From assembly GCA_028534125.1 (NCBI GenBank), contig CM052818.1, positions 13,394,001 through 13,458,000 on the forward strand: DNA of 64,000 nt, in the 5' to 3' direction. A model generated the notes under the pieces. That model saw nothing but the letters and a program-made list of their open reading frames with translations. It was not told the origin of the DNA and did no database searches. Positions 40,530 through 51,379 of this stretch are shown in pieces (the stretch's first letter is position 1; each line of letters begins with the position of its first letter). A program made the translations under genes and the position numbers. The stretch comes from Lama glama. Its lineage: Eukaryota.

Positions 40530-41162
40530 GAGCACTCCCTAATTATCCATAGTTTCACTTTCTGCAGTTTCAGTCACCCAAGGTTTACCATGAGCTGAAA
40601 ATATTATATGGAAAATTCTAGAAACAAACTAATTTAAGTTTTACATTGTGCACCATTCTGAGTACTGAGATGAAATCTTGAGCCATCCTACTCTGTCCCA
40701 CCAGAGACCCCCAACCATTGATGTCTGCCTACAACCAGTCACAGACATCATCATGGTTCAATGATCCAGGATCGCCAGAAGCAGATGATCCTCCCTCTGA
40801 CTTATTGTCCGAACATTAATAGTAGCCTAACACTAAGTCACGATGCCTAGTCATTCACCTCACTTCATCCCATCACTTGGGCATTTTATCATTTCACATC
40901 ATCACAAGAAGGGTAAGTACAGTATAGTAAGACACTTTGAAAGAGAGAGACACCACATTCACATAACTTTCATTATACAATGTTGTTATAATTATACTAT
41001 TTTATTATTATTGTTAATGTCTTACTGTGCCTAATTTATAAATTAAGCTTTATCAAAGGTATGTATGTATAGGAAAAAGTATATATACAGTTCAGAATTA
41101 TCTATGGTTTCAGCATCCACTGGGGCCTTGGAACGTATACCCCTAGATAGAGGGGACTACTG
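40530..41162 (+). mobile_element. MER44 (Tigger7-derived) non-autonomous DNA transposon
   Basis: TA flanks; right terminus ggggactactg; internal gatccaggatcgccagaagcagatgatcctcc and cttactgtgcctaatttataaatta. Confidence 0.85.
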
Positions 41163-42121
41163 TATAAATGAAATAAAGGCTCAGGGTGGATGCACCAGCT
41201 CCTGGCCTGTCTTGTAGCTCATGGAGCCAAACCTAAACTTAGACATTTTAACAGCCCATATAGATTGGGTTGACTTTCAGTCAGAGGAACCTGAAATTGT
41301 GGGCCTGGTGCTCTTTGTATTTTTCAGGCTCATTAGCACACAGAAACAACTTAAACCACTACAGAAGACAATAATTCTGCCACATCACTGGACCTAATAG
41401 CCAGGTTCTGAGCTTTGACATTCTTGTTGCACTGGCATTGGGCCATTTCTCCTTATTTTTTTTGGACCTGTGAGATTTTTCTTTGTGTACACTTAGATGC
41501 CTTCTATGGGCAAGACTGGTCATGGCCTACCACTGTAAGGGAATAGATGACAAACAGACAAAGGAAATGTGATAAATACAAGTAAGTACAATATAGTAAC
41601 CACAAATAAATGTTTTTAGCCAGGTCAATGTTTGTGCAGAACTAACTCAAAGAAGTTGAGCAACTGCCATGGTTACCCAGCTAGGGCTTGGCAAGAGTCC
41701 AGGCAAGAACTTCTGGGTCCTGTCCTATTTTCTTTCTTCTACATCTTTTCTTTACACCTTTAAGTTTGCCTAGGACTGAGGGCTCCCTTATAAAAGTTGG
41801 TCACTGGTTATTTTTCAAATCACATGAAGAGAAGCCAGAGTTGCCTTCCTGAGGCAGTGATGATTAAAGGGAAAATTCAAGTCTTAAATCTTTGAAAAAT
41901 CAGACACACACACAAAGGTGAGGGGATGGAGGAGAACTCAGAAGCTGATCCAAGCAGAAGTGGTTGGAACATTCAGCTTGCCTAAGGTCAGAAAGCCTGG
42001 GAATCTCTCTTAACAGCTTCTCTCAGGAAATAGCCAAGGCCCACCACTCTGGAGTGCAGGACACAGGTACAACACATCACAAGAGCCAGAGCTCCCAGAG
42101 TAGGATCCTTCCTCATGATAG

Positions 42122-42812
42122 AAGTGAGACACTTTCTACTTCAAGTAACTGAACACCTGACTCAAATTGGCTTGGTCATAAGGAAATATATTACCTTACA
42201 AAACTGGAGTGTAGAAGCAGAACAGAGTTCACATCTGGCTGATTTGGAAGCTCAACAATCAGGGCCACATTGTGACTTTCATGATCCCTAGCCACTTTTT
42301 CCTTCATGGGCCCCTTCCTCTATTAAAAAAATTATGTTTTACAACTGCAATGGTATAAAGACAAATATAATCCAGGCTGAATGATATTTATTTTTTTCCT
42401 TCTGACTTCAACAATTTGTGGAGAACTCCTAGAAGTATAATGAGTTCTAGGGTCAGTCAGCCCTCTGAACAATTCAAGATTCAGGTTCTTTCTCTCTGTG
42501 GTTGGCCACTCACAGCATGCATCACCTTTATGCTGGGGCTGGCTTACCTGCAGGCTGTAATTTGGCTGCCAGTGACAACAGACGAAAGGGCTCCACTGTT
42601 CTCTGCTATTGTGAGCTTGGAAAGCCTTTCCTCTAGGGAAAGAAATCCTTCCTTTCAGTTCTGATTGGTCAAAGTGGGACAATGCCTTACCCTGAAGCAA
42701 CAGAGAATGCCATTGCTGATTTCATTAGCTTAGATTAGTCAGGAGATACTCAATTGTAAGGAATACCTAAATAATCCTGGGTTATTTTAGGATGGAGGAA
42801 TGGTCTACTATA
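42122..42812 (-). mobile_element. Ancient MaLR LTR (MLT1J/K-like) with an hAT-like insert at ~42259-42450
   Basis: caagtaactgaacacctgactcaaattggctt...; ctgattggtc...ccctgaa; the insert starts cagggcc; boundaries approximate. Confidence 0.6.
42610..42712. repeat. Inverted repeat arm A (partner 45330-45432)
   Basis: Manual alignment with the reverse complement of arm B: 4 substitutions and two 4-bp indels. Confidence 0.95.
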
Positions 42813-43039
42813 GCCCCTCACACTGTATGTTCTAATATCTAAGAACAATCATTCACATGTATTTGATATTTACCATGAGTTTCTACTCAATTATCACAAC
42901 CATAAGAAGTAGAGTAAGTTACCCTCGTCATTTTACAGAAGCAGGATCTGAGGTTTACAGAGCTTAAAAGATTTGCATTTTAAGCAAAAAGGTAAGATTT
43001 TGTAAACAGTACACAATAAACAGTCCAATAAACTGTAAA

Positions 43040-43845
43040 CAGTCCAACACAAAAAGGACTAAACACTAAACAAAAAATTAATGTTAGACTTCACCAAAAT
43101 TAAAAATGTTTGCTTTCAAAAGACAGTATTAAAAAAATGAAATGGCAAAGCAAAAACTGGGAGAAATATTCAAAAATATGTATCTGACAAAGAACTTGTA
43201 GGAAGATTATATTTAAAAAAAAAATCTACCACTAAGACAGAAAACAAAAATAAAGAAATAGATTAAAGATTTGAATGGGCTCTTCAAAAGAGAAGATATA
43301 GTGATGGATAATAAGCATATTAAAATGGTCAATATCATTAGATATCAGAGAAATGTAAAATAAAACCACAATCAGATGCCACTTACACACCCTCTGTAAT
43401 GGCTAACATTATAAATTATTGACAACACCAAGTAGAATTTCACATATTGCTGATAGGAATGTAAAATGGTTCATTCAATTTGGGAAATAGTTTGGCTTTC
43501 TTTATAACAAAGTATAGATTTCTTATAAAGGTAAACATACCCCTACTATATGACCCAGGGGTTCCACTCCTAAGTATTTACCTAAAAGAAAGGAAAATAT
43601 GTCCACACAAAGATTTCTACATGAATGTCCATGACAGCTTTATTCATAAAAATCCAAATATCCATCAACAGGTAAACAGATAAACAGATCAGGGTATATC
43701 CACACAATGGAATACTACTCAGCAATAAAAAGAAATAAACTTCTGATATACCTAACAACAAGGATGCACCTCTAAAGCATGCGGAGGGAAAGAAACCAGA
43801 CACAAAAAAGTACATACCCTACAATTCCATTTATACGAACTTCAG
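43040..43845 (+). mobile_element. L1M ORF2 end and 3' UTR fragment
   Basis: atctgacaaagaacttgta, tatgacccagggttccactcctaagtatttacc, cacaatggaatactactcagcaataaaaaga. Confidence 0.85.
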
Positions 43846-43849
43846 CTGA

Positions 43850-44290
43850 GGAATGGCTGTAAAGGACTGAAGGTGTAAGTAAGGAGATCAGTTAGGAGGC
43901 TGTTGTAATAATCAATATGGAAGATGGTGGTGACTCAGACAAGAGTGGTCACAAAAGAAATAATGAGAAGTGGTCCAATTCTGGACATAGTTTGAAGACG
44001 GGACAAACAGAGTTTTCTGAAGAACCGAATGCATGGTGTGTGAGAAAAAGAGAAACAAAGTGTGACTCCATGATCTTGGACCTGAGCAAATGGAAAGATG
44101 AGACTGCTATTAATTAAGATGGTGAAGCATATGGGTAGAGCAGGTTGGAAGAGAGGGTGAGAATTAGCAGACCTGTCCAGTTTGAAATATCCATTAGGTG
44201 TACAGATGAAGATAACAAGTCAGTAGTTGGATATACAGGAAGAGTTCCAGGCAGGAGATAGAAATTTGGGAGTTTTAACTTATTTTTTCT
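43850..44290 (-). mobile_element. L2 fragment
   Basis: cagttaggaggctgttgtaataatc, gagaagtggtccaattctggaca, gtagttggatatac. Confidence 0.7.
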
Positions 44291-45329
44291 GGGGGAAAGG
44301 ATTGAAGATAGGTAGAATTCAAAAAGAAGTAGAAGAAAATATCTAGCCAGATCTTTTTAACTATACAAAAGCAAAGATCCAATTTTTTTTTTTAAGTTTG
44401 GAGGTTATTACTGACTGGAAAAACAAACATTTGCATTTTGGTACCAAAATCTTCACTACTATTAGCAAAACCCCACATACTCAAGTAAGGTTCAGAGTTG
44501 GAAAACTCCTCTGATCTTGTCCAATATTGTGTAGTCTGCAACCATACTGGCAAGGTCTGGGCACTCCACTGCATACCTGAAAGACAAGGAAAGGCTTATA
44601 CCTAACAGCCTTTCTCTCTTGCCCTCTCTACCATTTTCCCCTCTGTGGTCAGTCAGCAGGGAAGGGAAAGGAGCTGTTCCTCTCCCTCCCACCTTCTATT
44701 TCCTTCTGAGGTCAGAGTCAATACCTTCTGCCTGCATATTGTCTCATTCAGGCAACTATATTTGCTTCAGAAGGCATGTTGCCTTGGAGGCACACTATTA
44801 ATCTGACTTTAGAGTTGGAGCTTTCAGAGATAACTGCAATCTGTGTGGTATGATTTGAAGAAGCCAGAAAAAATAATTTTTTTTTCTCTCCAGATTCCTG
44901 AAATTCCACCATTTGTATGAAAGGTGAGAGTGAAATGCTCAACTTTGAATGACCAGTACTGGGGACTCCCACAAGTGAACAAGAAGAAAGAAGAAAACAA
45001 GTAGAAGAGAAAAGGAGCCCATGAAAAAGGACGTTTTGAGAGACCAAAAAGAACCCAACCTCACAATTCTGTTAGTGTGAGTTCTACTTGGCCCACTCCC
45101 AATACATGGAACTCAGTAAGTCACAAATATTTGTTGAATGAATGGATTCTCATTTTTCTACATTTGAGGAACCGGACCCTCCTTCACTCAAAAAAGAAAA
45201 GAAAAAAAAAGCAATCTTAAACAAAAGGCTAAAGAACCAGTTCTATGAATGGGGTTAATTTTCTCTCCTAGGATTCACTTATTTGGAAAAATATCTGTAT
45301 GCAATTTCTCAGGACCCTCACAATATCTC

Positions 45330-45432
45330 TGGCATTCTCTGACTGTTGTTTCGGGGTACGGCATTGTCCCACTTTGACCAATCAGAACTGAAAGGATTTC
45401 TTTCCCTGGAGGAAAGGCTTTCCAAGCTCACA
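45330..45432. repeat. Inverted repeat arm B in the proximal promoter (CCAAT at 45378-45382)
   Basis: Reverse complement of 42610-42712; contains GACCAATCAG and GGAAAGGCTTTCC. Confidence 0.95.
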
Positions 45433-45529
45433 GGAGAGATGTTTTCCCCTCCGCAGGGCACAAAAAATTGCCCAGGAGGCTGGAGCATCACCAAGGCTAA
45501 TTCAAACTCTGGACATCACATGCCAAACG

Positions 45530-46500
45530 TGCCATCTTCGGCCTGGAGTTCCGGAGCGTCTGGAAGCTAAAGGTGAAGGGCTGGCAGAGAATGGCAGGCG
45601 GGTGGTGGAGAGGACCCTTGGAGGAGGGGGCGCGGACCTCGCTGCGCAGCGCGCTCTCCCGTCCGGTTTGCAGCGCTCAGCACTTGCACCTCCCTCTGCT
45701 CTCTCCTCCGCCCCCCTTGCCCTCCCCCTTTCCCTCCCTTTCTCCTCCTCCTCCTGCCGCTGAGGCCGCCGAAAGACCTCGCCAGTTCAGACCCACGGGG
45801 CTGCCCTCCCCTGCGCTCTCCCCTTGCTTCTCGGGCCTGGAGCGCAGCGCGGCCGCGCAGGTAGGAGCCCCGAAGCGGGGGTCACACCAGCGCGCACAGT
45901 GCCCGTAGGGCCGCGCGCTGCGGAGTAAGTGGGGTGACTTGAGGGGTGCAATGGACTTGAGCATTGCCCCACACTGTGCAGAATCTCTCAGGCAGAGGGA
46001 GGTGGAGGTGTGCGGTCTCGGAATGTGATCTGTCAGCATGTGCGAGTACCTGGGTGACATCTGTTTGGATGGGCCTGTGTGTGCGCGCTGACAATCAGCC
46101 GACAGGACTTTGCGCATAAAGGTTTTGAAAGTTTCAGGGGCCCAAAGTGCAAGATTTAAGCCACACCTGGATTCCATGGGAGCTGGTTAGAAGTTGGAGC
46201 GCTGAGCAGCTGTCCGGGAACTGCCGCCTGTTTAACATACTGTTAAGAAAGGAGACCTAGCCTCCCTGGGGGCGCCAGGCCGGTGCCCTGAAACTGGTTT
46301 CTCCGGCCGTGGTGTGGTTCCCCGGTTGCGGCCCTAGGCAGCCCCGATCCTGAAGTTAGCATTTCGGGGACAGAGGGACTGATAAGGCACTAGGGAATGA
46401 GACGCTTTGGATTGCTCCTCTACAGTACCTGGGGCTTTTAAACAAAGCTGCGCACAGAGAACGCGTGGAAATGCCACTCTGAGAGTTTGCGCTGGGAAAT
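45530..46500 (+). promoter_or_regulatory. EFEMP1: CpG-island promoter of EFEMP1
   Basis: The only extended GC- and CpG-dense segment in the window; GC boxes (gggggcgcgg, ctccgcccc); directly upstream of the coding exons. Confidence 0.9.
45670..45860 (+). other. EFEMP1: EFEMP1 non-coding exon 1 (start approximate)
   Basis: Donor GCGCAG|GTAGGA at 45860/45861 inside the CpG island; no ATG; TSS not resolvable from sequence. Confidence 0.75.
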
Positions 46501-46619
46501 GGGAAAAGGCTCTCTGAAGGGCAGGTATTCTACTAGTGGAGGAGATTGCTCCCCCGTTTTATTCTGCTGTTTTGTTTAAAAAAAAAAGTTTGAATCCAAG
46601 ATGACTCATTGGTTTACAG

Positions 46620-46660
46620 GTATTACTGCTGAGCTGTGCAAGGAACTTCACTAGCTGAAG
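46620..46660 (+). other. EFEMP1: EFEMP1 41-nt non-coding exon 2
   Basis: tttacAG|GTATTACTGCTGAGCTGTGCAAGGAACTTCACTAGCTGAAG|GTtgga; resembles the short human 5' UTR exon as I recall it. Confidence 0.65.
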
Positions 46661-47099
46661 GTTGGAGTACAGGGAAAGCCTTAACGTTTAAGGGAATGTG
46701 AGATTTGCTGCCCCACCTCCACCCTTGTAAAAAAAAATGTGCGGTCTCCTTTGAAATTAATTACCCTTATTCTTTCTCTTTCACCCCCTTTCTGGAGCCT
46801 GTTGTGTAGATGCAGTATAAAATGTACGCTGTATATCCTTTGTATATATTCAGAGCAGCCGGAAGGAGTAAAGCGAAATTTAATTCCGCAGCAGTTTTAC
46901 CGTCTTCGGTGCCTCTTTTGACCAAGGGAAGGTTGAGGAGGGGGAGGGGAGATGAGAAAGTAGATTGAAAGTTGGGTATGATGGAGCCTCAGCCTCCTCC
47001 GCCTTCCCTCCCTCGCTTGTTACTTCACAGCTGAAGTGTTATTTCCTCCGCAGCAGATACTAAGCATCGGTTTGTCCTGTGTTTTCTTTGAGATTCATG

Positions 47100-47180
47100 A
47101 TGTTGAGAGCCCTTTTCCTAACTATGCTGACGCTGGCGTTGGTCAAGTCACAGGACACCGAAGAAACCATCACGTACACG
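47100..47180 (+). CDS. EFEMP1: Fibulin-3 first coding exon, signal peptide [27 protein letters not shown] (exon starts at 47093; extra in-frame ATG at 47097)
   Basis: 27 codons matching the fibulin-3 N-terminus; acceptor ttttctttgAG; donor ACG|GTAAGG; phase 0. Confidence 0.97.
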
Positions 47181-50008
47181 GTAAGGGGTGATGGAATTTG
47201 AGATAAGTGCGGTTCCGCGGAATTCTATGGCACAAGAGAGACTTTATCCACTCCTGCCAGCCTATGTGAGCTGTTCTCTGTGGAGGGTAATAAATTAAAG
47301 AAACTTTAGCATAGTTCACGTTTAAGATTCGTTGTAAATTGTCCCTCCTTTCAAAAGTGCATTTAGATCACCATTTGAGATAGGGACCAAAATGTAAGGA
47401 TTTATGTAGGGCCAAAAAGAGGAACTCCTTTAAAATAAAAACCAAAGTAAACTACATGTTTCCAACACATTCAACAAATTAATGGGTATAAGTAATTGGA
47501 AAACCTGGATTCCCATATACATGCAGATGAAACCAAAACTCAAGGACTAAGGCTTAAGTCAAATAAGAATGTTAAACATCACAAAAGCACATCACCTCAT
47601 TTGTGCATGTGACTTATGTTCTCTTGTAAGTGGACTTTCTTGACTTTATAAAGACTATCATTCATTTACTATATAACACATAACTCATCTAAATGCTGGT
47701 CAGATAGACTTTGTGTTACCAGGATGTGGTATTTGGTAAAATGGTTTTAAAAATTCATTGTTTGAAATTTGGTTTTGCATTTTTCTAATTATCATATCTG
47801 ATATTTTCAAGTAATTTTTGATTAATTAGTTAATTATATGGATATAACCAATGTTTAATAAAATATTGAAAATACCATCTGACCCTCTCCCACTGCCAGG
47901 GATGGATATGGTGAGAACAAAGGGCAGTACTTAACCTCACTTGTGGTGAGTTTGTTGCACCTCTGTTTTGTGTTTTCTAGTCTTTAATCAGTGTTGTGAG
48001 GCAAATGACATTTGTCCTGGATCAGAATATGAAAAACATATTTTTCTACTTGCTCCCAATTTAAAATTAAGTAATCTTACTCAAAAGATTTTGAAAAATT
48101 TCTGAAAATAGAACTCTTAAAAGTGAGCTAATCTCAATTACTGATAATAAACATTATCTCACTTTTTTGGTACCATATTATCCCTAGAATGTTAGTATTC
48201 ATCTGGCAAATGTTCCTTGTTGTTCATATCAACTATAAATCAAATGGGGTTTAATATAAATATTTTGTTAACTTAATGGTAAATGTAGTTGCTTCCTTTG
48301 CTGAAGATAAATAAAGCAAGAGAAATGAATACATGTGTTTTTTTTATCTTCAAGTGAAATTGTTTTGTTATTCAAGCTAAACTTACTACCTTCTTGGGGA
48401 GCTAAAATTAAATTAGCTACTCATTTTTATGTTCATCTAATAAAATATTTTATTGCTTTTATAATTGCTTATTGTATATCCCCTTCCCTTTGCTAATCCC
48501 CTAAATCTTACTCATCTTTAGCAGAGAAACTTCCCTGTTGATTAAACACTATAACAGATTTCCCAGATATGACATCCTTTTTGTGTTAAGATTAGATCCA
48601 TTCTCTTTTGCATTGTGTATGCCTATTAATTCATGGTTGAAGGACAAGATGTAACTTTTTTAGTAACTCCACTGTGTAGACTATCTCCTCTTCTCCTCAG
48701 CACAGTATGAGGTAAATGGCATCCACTTCCTTCTGCTGATAGTAGAACTAAAGATTAGAGGGGTACCTAACTTAAGCCAGTAAAGTGGTGAAACTAAATT
48801 CAGCCCAGGTTTGTTTAATAGTAGATCCATGCCGAATGCACTAGAGCTGAAGACCTAAAACAAACTGCAAGACTTCTCTATTTAGCATACAGATTTATTC
48901 AAGTGAACTGTCATTTTGCCTGGCTTGGAAGATACTTTTCAGATGGATGGGCTCATATCCACAGGATAGCCTCATATTCTCCTTTCATATTAAAGACAGG
49001 GTCCATTCAGTTATTTACTCATCAAGTATCTGCTGTATGCATAAGGAATTCTCATCACTATCAAAAGAATTTATTTGTTTACAAAAAAAAAAAATCAGAC
49101 CTTAACCTCAGGGAACTTACCCTGGGAAAATACTGTTGAAAAGTACAAAGTTCACAAGCAAGTACAAATCATATTATTAGACAGATTATACACATTGCTA
49201 AAGAAATACAAAAGCAAGGTGATAATTAATGTTCACATTGACATATTGAAGGAGGTAGAACTCTGTGCTAGTTTTTGAAGGAAGTAATGACTTTGGATTA
49301 TTCTAGAAGGTGGAAGAGGCACTTGAATCAGAGAAAGTGGCATAATCAAAGGCTAGAAATGAAAACAACCAAATCAAGTCCAGAGGGTGACAAGGAGTTG
49401 GGTAGTGGGGAGAACCTAGAGATGGTCAAAATGGGAGACAAGAGGTCTACAGGCCACTGTGAGCTCTTAGATGGAGGAGCAACATAACCAACAGAGTGAA
49501 GAAAGATTATCGTGGAGGCTTGTGTGCAGCATGTAGAGCTGTGGAGACCTGCTAAGGAGACCTGCCCACTCATGAGATCAGGAAGGCCTACACCAATGCG
49601 GTAGACACAGAAATTAACACAAAGTTAGCAGAGCCTGAAGGAAGATAATTGGAAAAGTTGATGTTAAAGTTGTAATCCTGGGTCCTGAGAAAGGTGGTAG
49701 TGCCTTGGACAGTGTTGGGGCAACTGGAAAGAATTAGTTTGGGAGATAAAGTGAATTTAGTTTTCACTCTGTTAAGTCTCAGAGATCAGTAAAACCTCTA
49801 AACTCATCTCTCTGTCTCCATTCAGCTACTTACTTGCCAAGCATCTGTTGTGTGCCAAGCAACTCTTGGCTCTTATAAAAGAATTTAAGTTTATTTGTTT
49901 GTTTACTCTACTTTTGCTCAATCCTTCCTGAAGCCTCTCCCTCAAATCTGCATCTGATCAGATGTTTTCTTGAGCTAAAAAGTCCTTCAGAGGACTCATC
50001 ACTTATAC

Positions 50009-50190
50009 CAGTGTTTCTCAAGAAGTAGCCCATAGATGACTTGTTTAAGCATCACCTAAGATGCTTCTTAGGAATTCAGATTCCAGGCCCCTTACCAGAC
50101 CTACAGTCAGAACATTTGGTTGTGCCCAGGAATCTGCATTTTAAAAAGCACAAGAATGATTGTTAAGCATGATAAAGCTTGAGATTCACT
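50009..50190. mobile_element. MER5B-like MITE within L2 fragments
   Basis: cagtgtttctcaa...cagattccaggcccc...cccaggaatctgcattttaa...ttgagattcact. Confidence 0.7.
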
Positions 50191-51167
50191 AACTTTCAAG
50201 GTAGAATTCAGTTCCCAGGTTTGGCCCTGCCTACTTCTCTAACCTCACTCCAGTCACCCAGGACTACTTGCAGCTCCTTCCTTCTTTAATAATTTTGCAC
50301 CTTTGCTTACATGGCCCCTCATCCTAGAATCCCCATATCTCCCTGGAAAAAATCCTGTAAGACCCAATTCACTTGTAGCTTTGTCCGTAAAGCCTTCCCT
50401 TTTACTCTGCCATGTCCACACACAGACTTGGGTAGAGTCCATCACTCTTTTCCACAGGTAACTTGTGTCATGACACCTGACATCTTGCTCCAGCTTGTCT
50501 AGTGGTCTGTTCTCTTCTGACCTGTTAGCTGCTTGAGAACAGGAATCGTCTTTGCATCCCCAGGGACTAGGATAGTGCCTGGTATGAGAAGGTACTTGAC
50601 AGATGGTTCTGTCAGTGAGCGAACTAGAGAGGACCTGCAGGAACTGAAGCTAGGAGGCAGGCCAGGGTGTGAGAGGGAGGCTCAGGACTCAGCTGAATAG
50701 GAGTGACAAGGAAAGCCAGGTGCTGGAATGCTCTAAGAAGATTTGGAGAGACAAGGAATAGTCAAGGGCTGAAAAAAGCACTCAGTTGAATTTTTTTTTT
50801 TTTGGTAAAGTTTACAAAGTGGAGGAAGGGACAAATAAAGCAAAAAAGCAGTCAGAGAGATTGTGGAATATTAGTATCAAGACAGAGAGGAAGAAGTCCA
50901 AGAAGATGGTTCTGGGCAACTTGGCCCAATGTAAATGCAACAGAAGAGTTGAGACAGCTGGTGATTGAGACAGGATCCCTGACGCAGTCCAATGCACAGA
51001 TGTGTCTTAAAAAAAAAAAAGCTACAGAATGTTAAAATACTCATCACAACATCTATCTATGACCCTAATACAAAGATTATTGCCGTAAGTAGGAAGCTTT
51101 TAGAGTGACTTCTTAGAGAATGGACACTCAATTAACTGTCTCCTGCCCCATCTTGTTTTTTTCACAG

Positions 51168-51216
51168 CAATGCACAGATGGATATGAGTGGGATCCTGTA
51201 AGACAGCAGTGCAAAG
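51168..51216 (+). CDS. EFEMP1: Fibulin-3 coding exon (49 nt), QCTDGYEWDPVRQQCK
   Basis: Acceptor tttttttcacAG; donor AAG|GTGAGC; in frame with the neighbouring exons. Confidence 0.98.
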
Positions 51217-51379
51217 GTGAGCCAACTTCAAAGACTTCCCATCTGAACACAGCTTTCTGTCTCCATCTCCTTTGTCATTCATGTCCTGTTTGTATTATAC
51301 TAAAAAGGCATGAGCATGTATTTACATGTTCAGTTTTCCCTCTAAGAAGATTCCTGACTTATTTTATTACTGATCACAG

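Noticed and set aside
42332..42700. Paralogous-looking peptides ALSHFDQSELKG in ORFs 42332-42700 and 45346-45570
   Set aside because: A by-product of the non-coding inverted repeat; the frames diverge at a 4-bp indel
45573..46177. Overlapping ORFs of 60-166 aa on both strands
   Set aside because: Stop codons are scarce in GC-rich CpG islands, the translations are low complexity, and they overlap non-coding exon 1
46258..46278. CTCF-like CTCCCTGGGGGCGCCA in intron 1
   Set aside because: Several mismatches in the 5' core, and such matches are expected in GC-rich DNA
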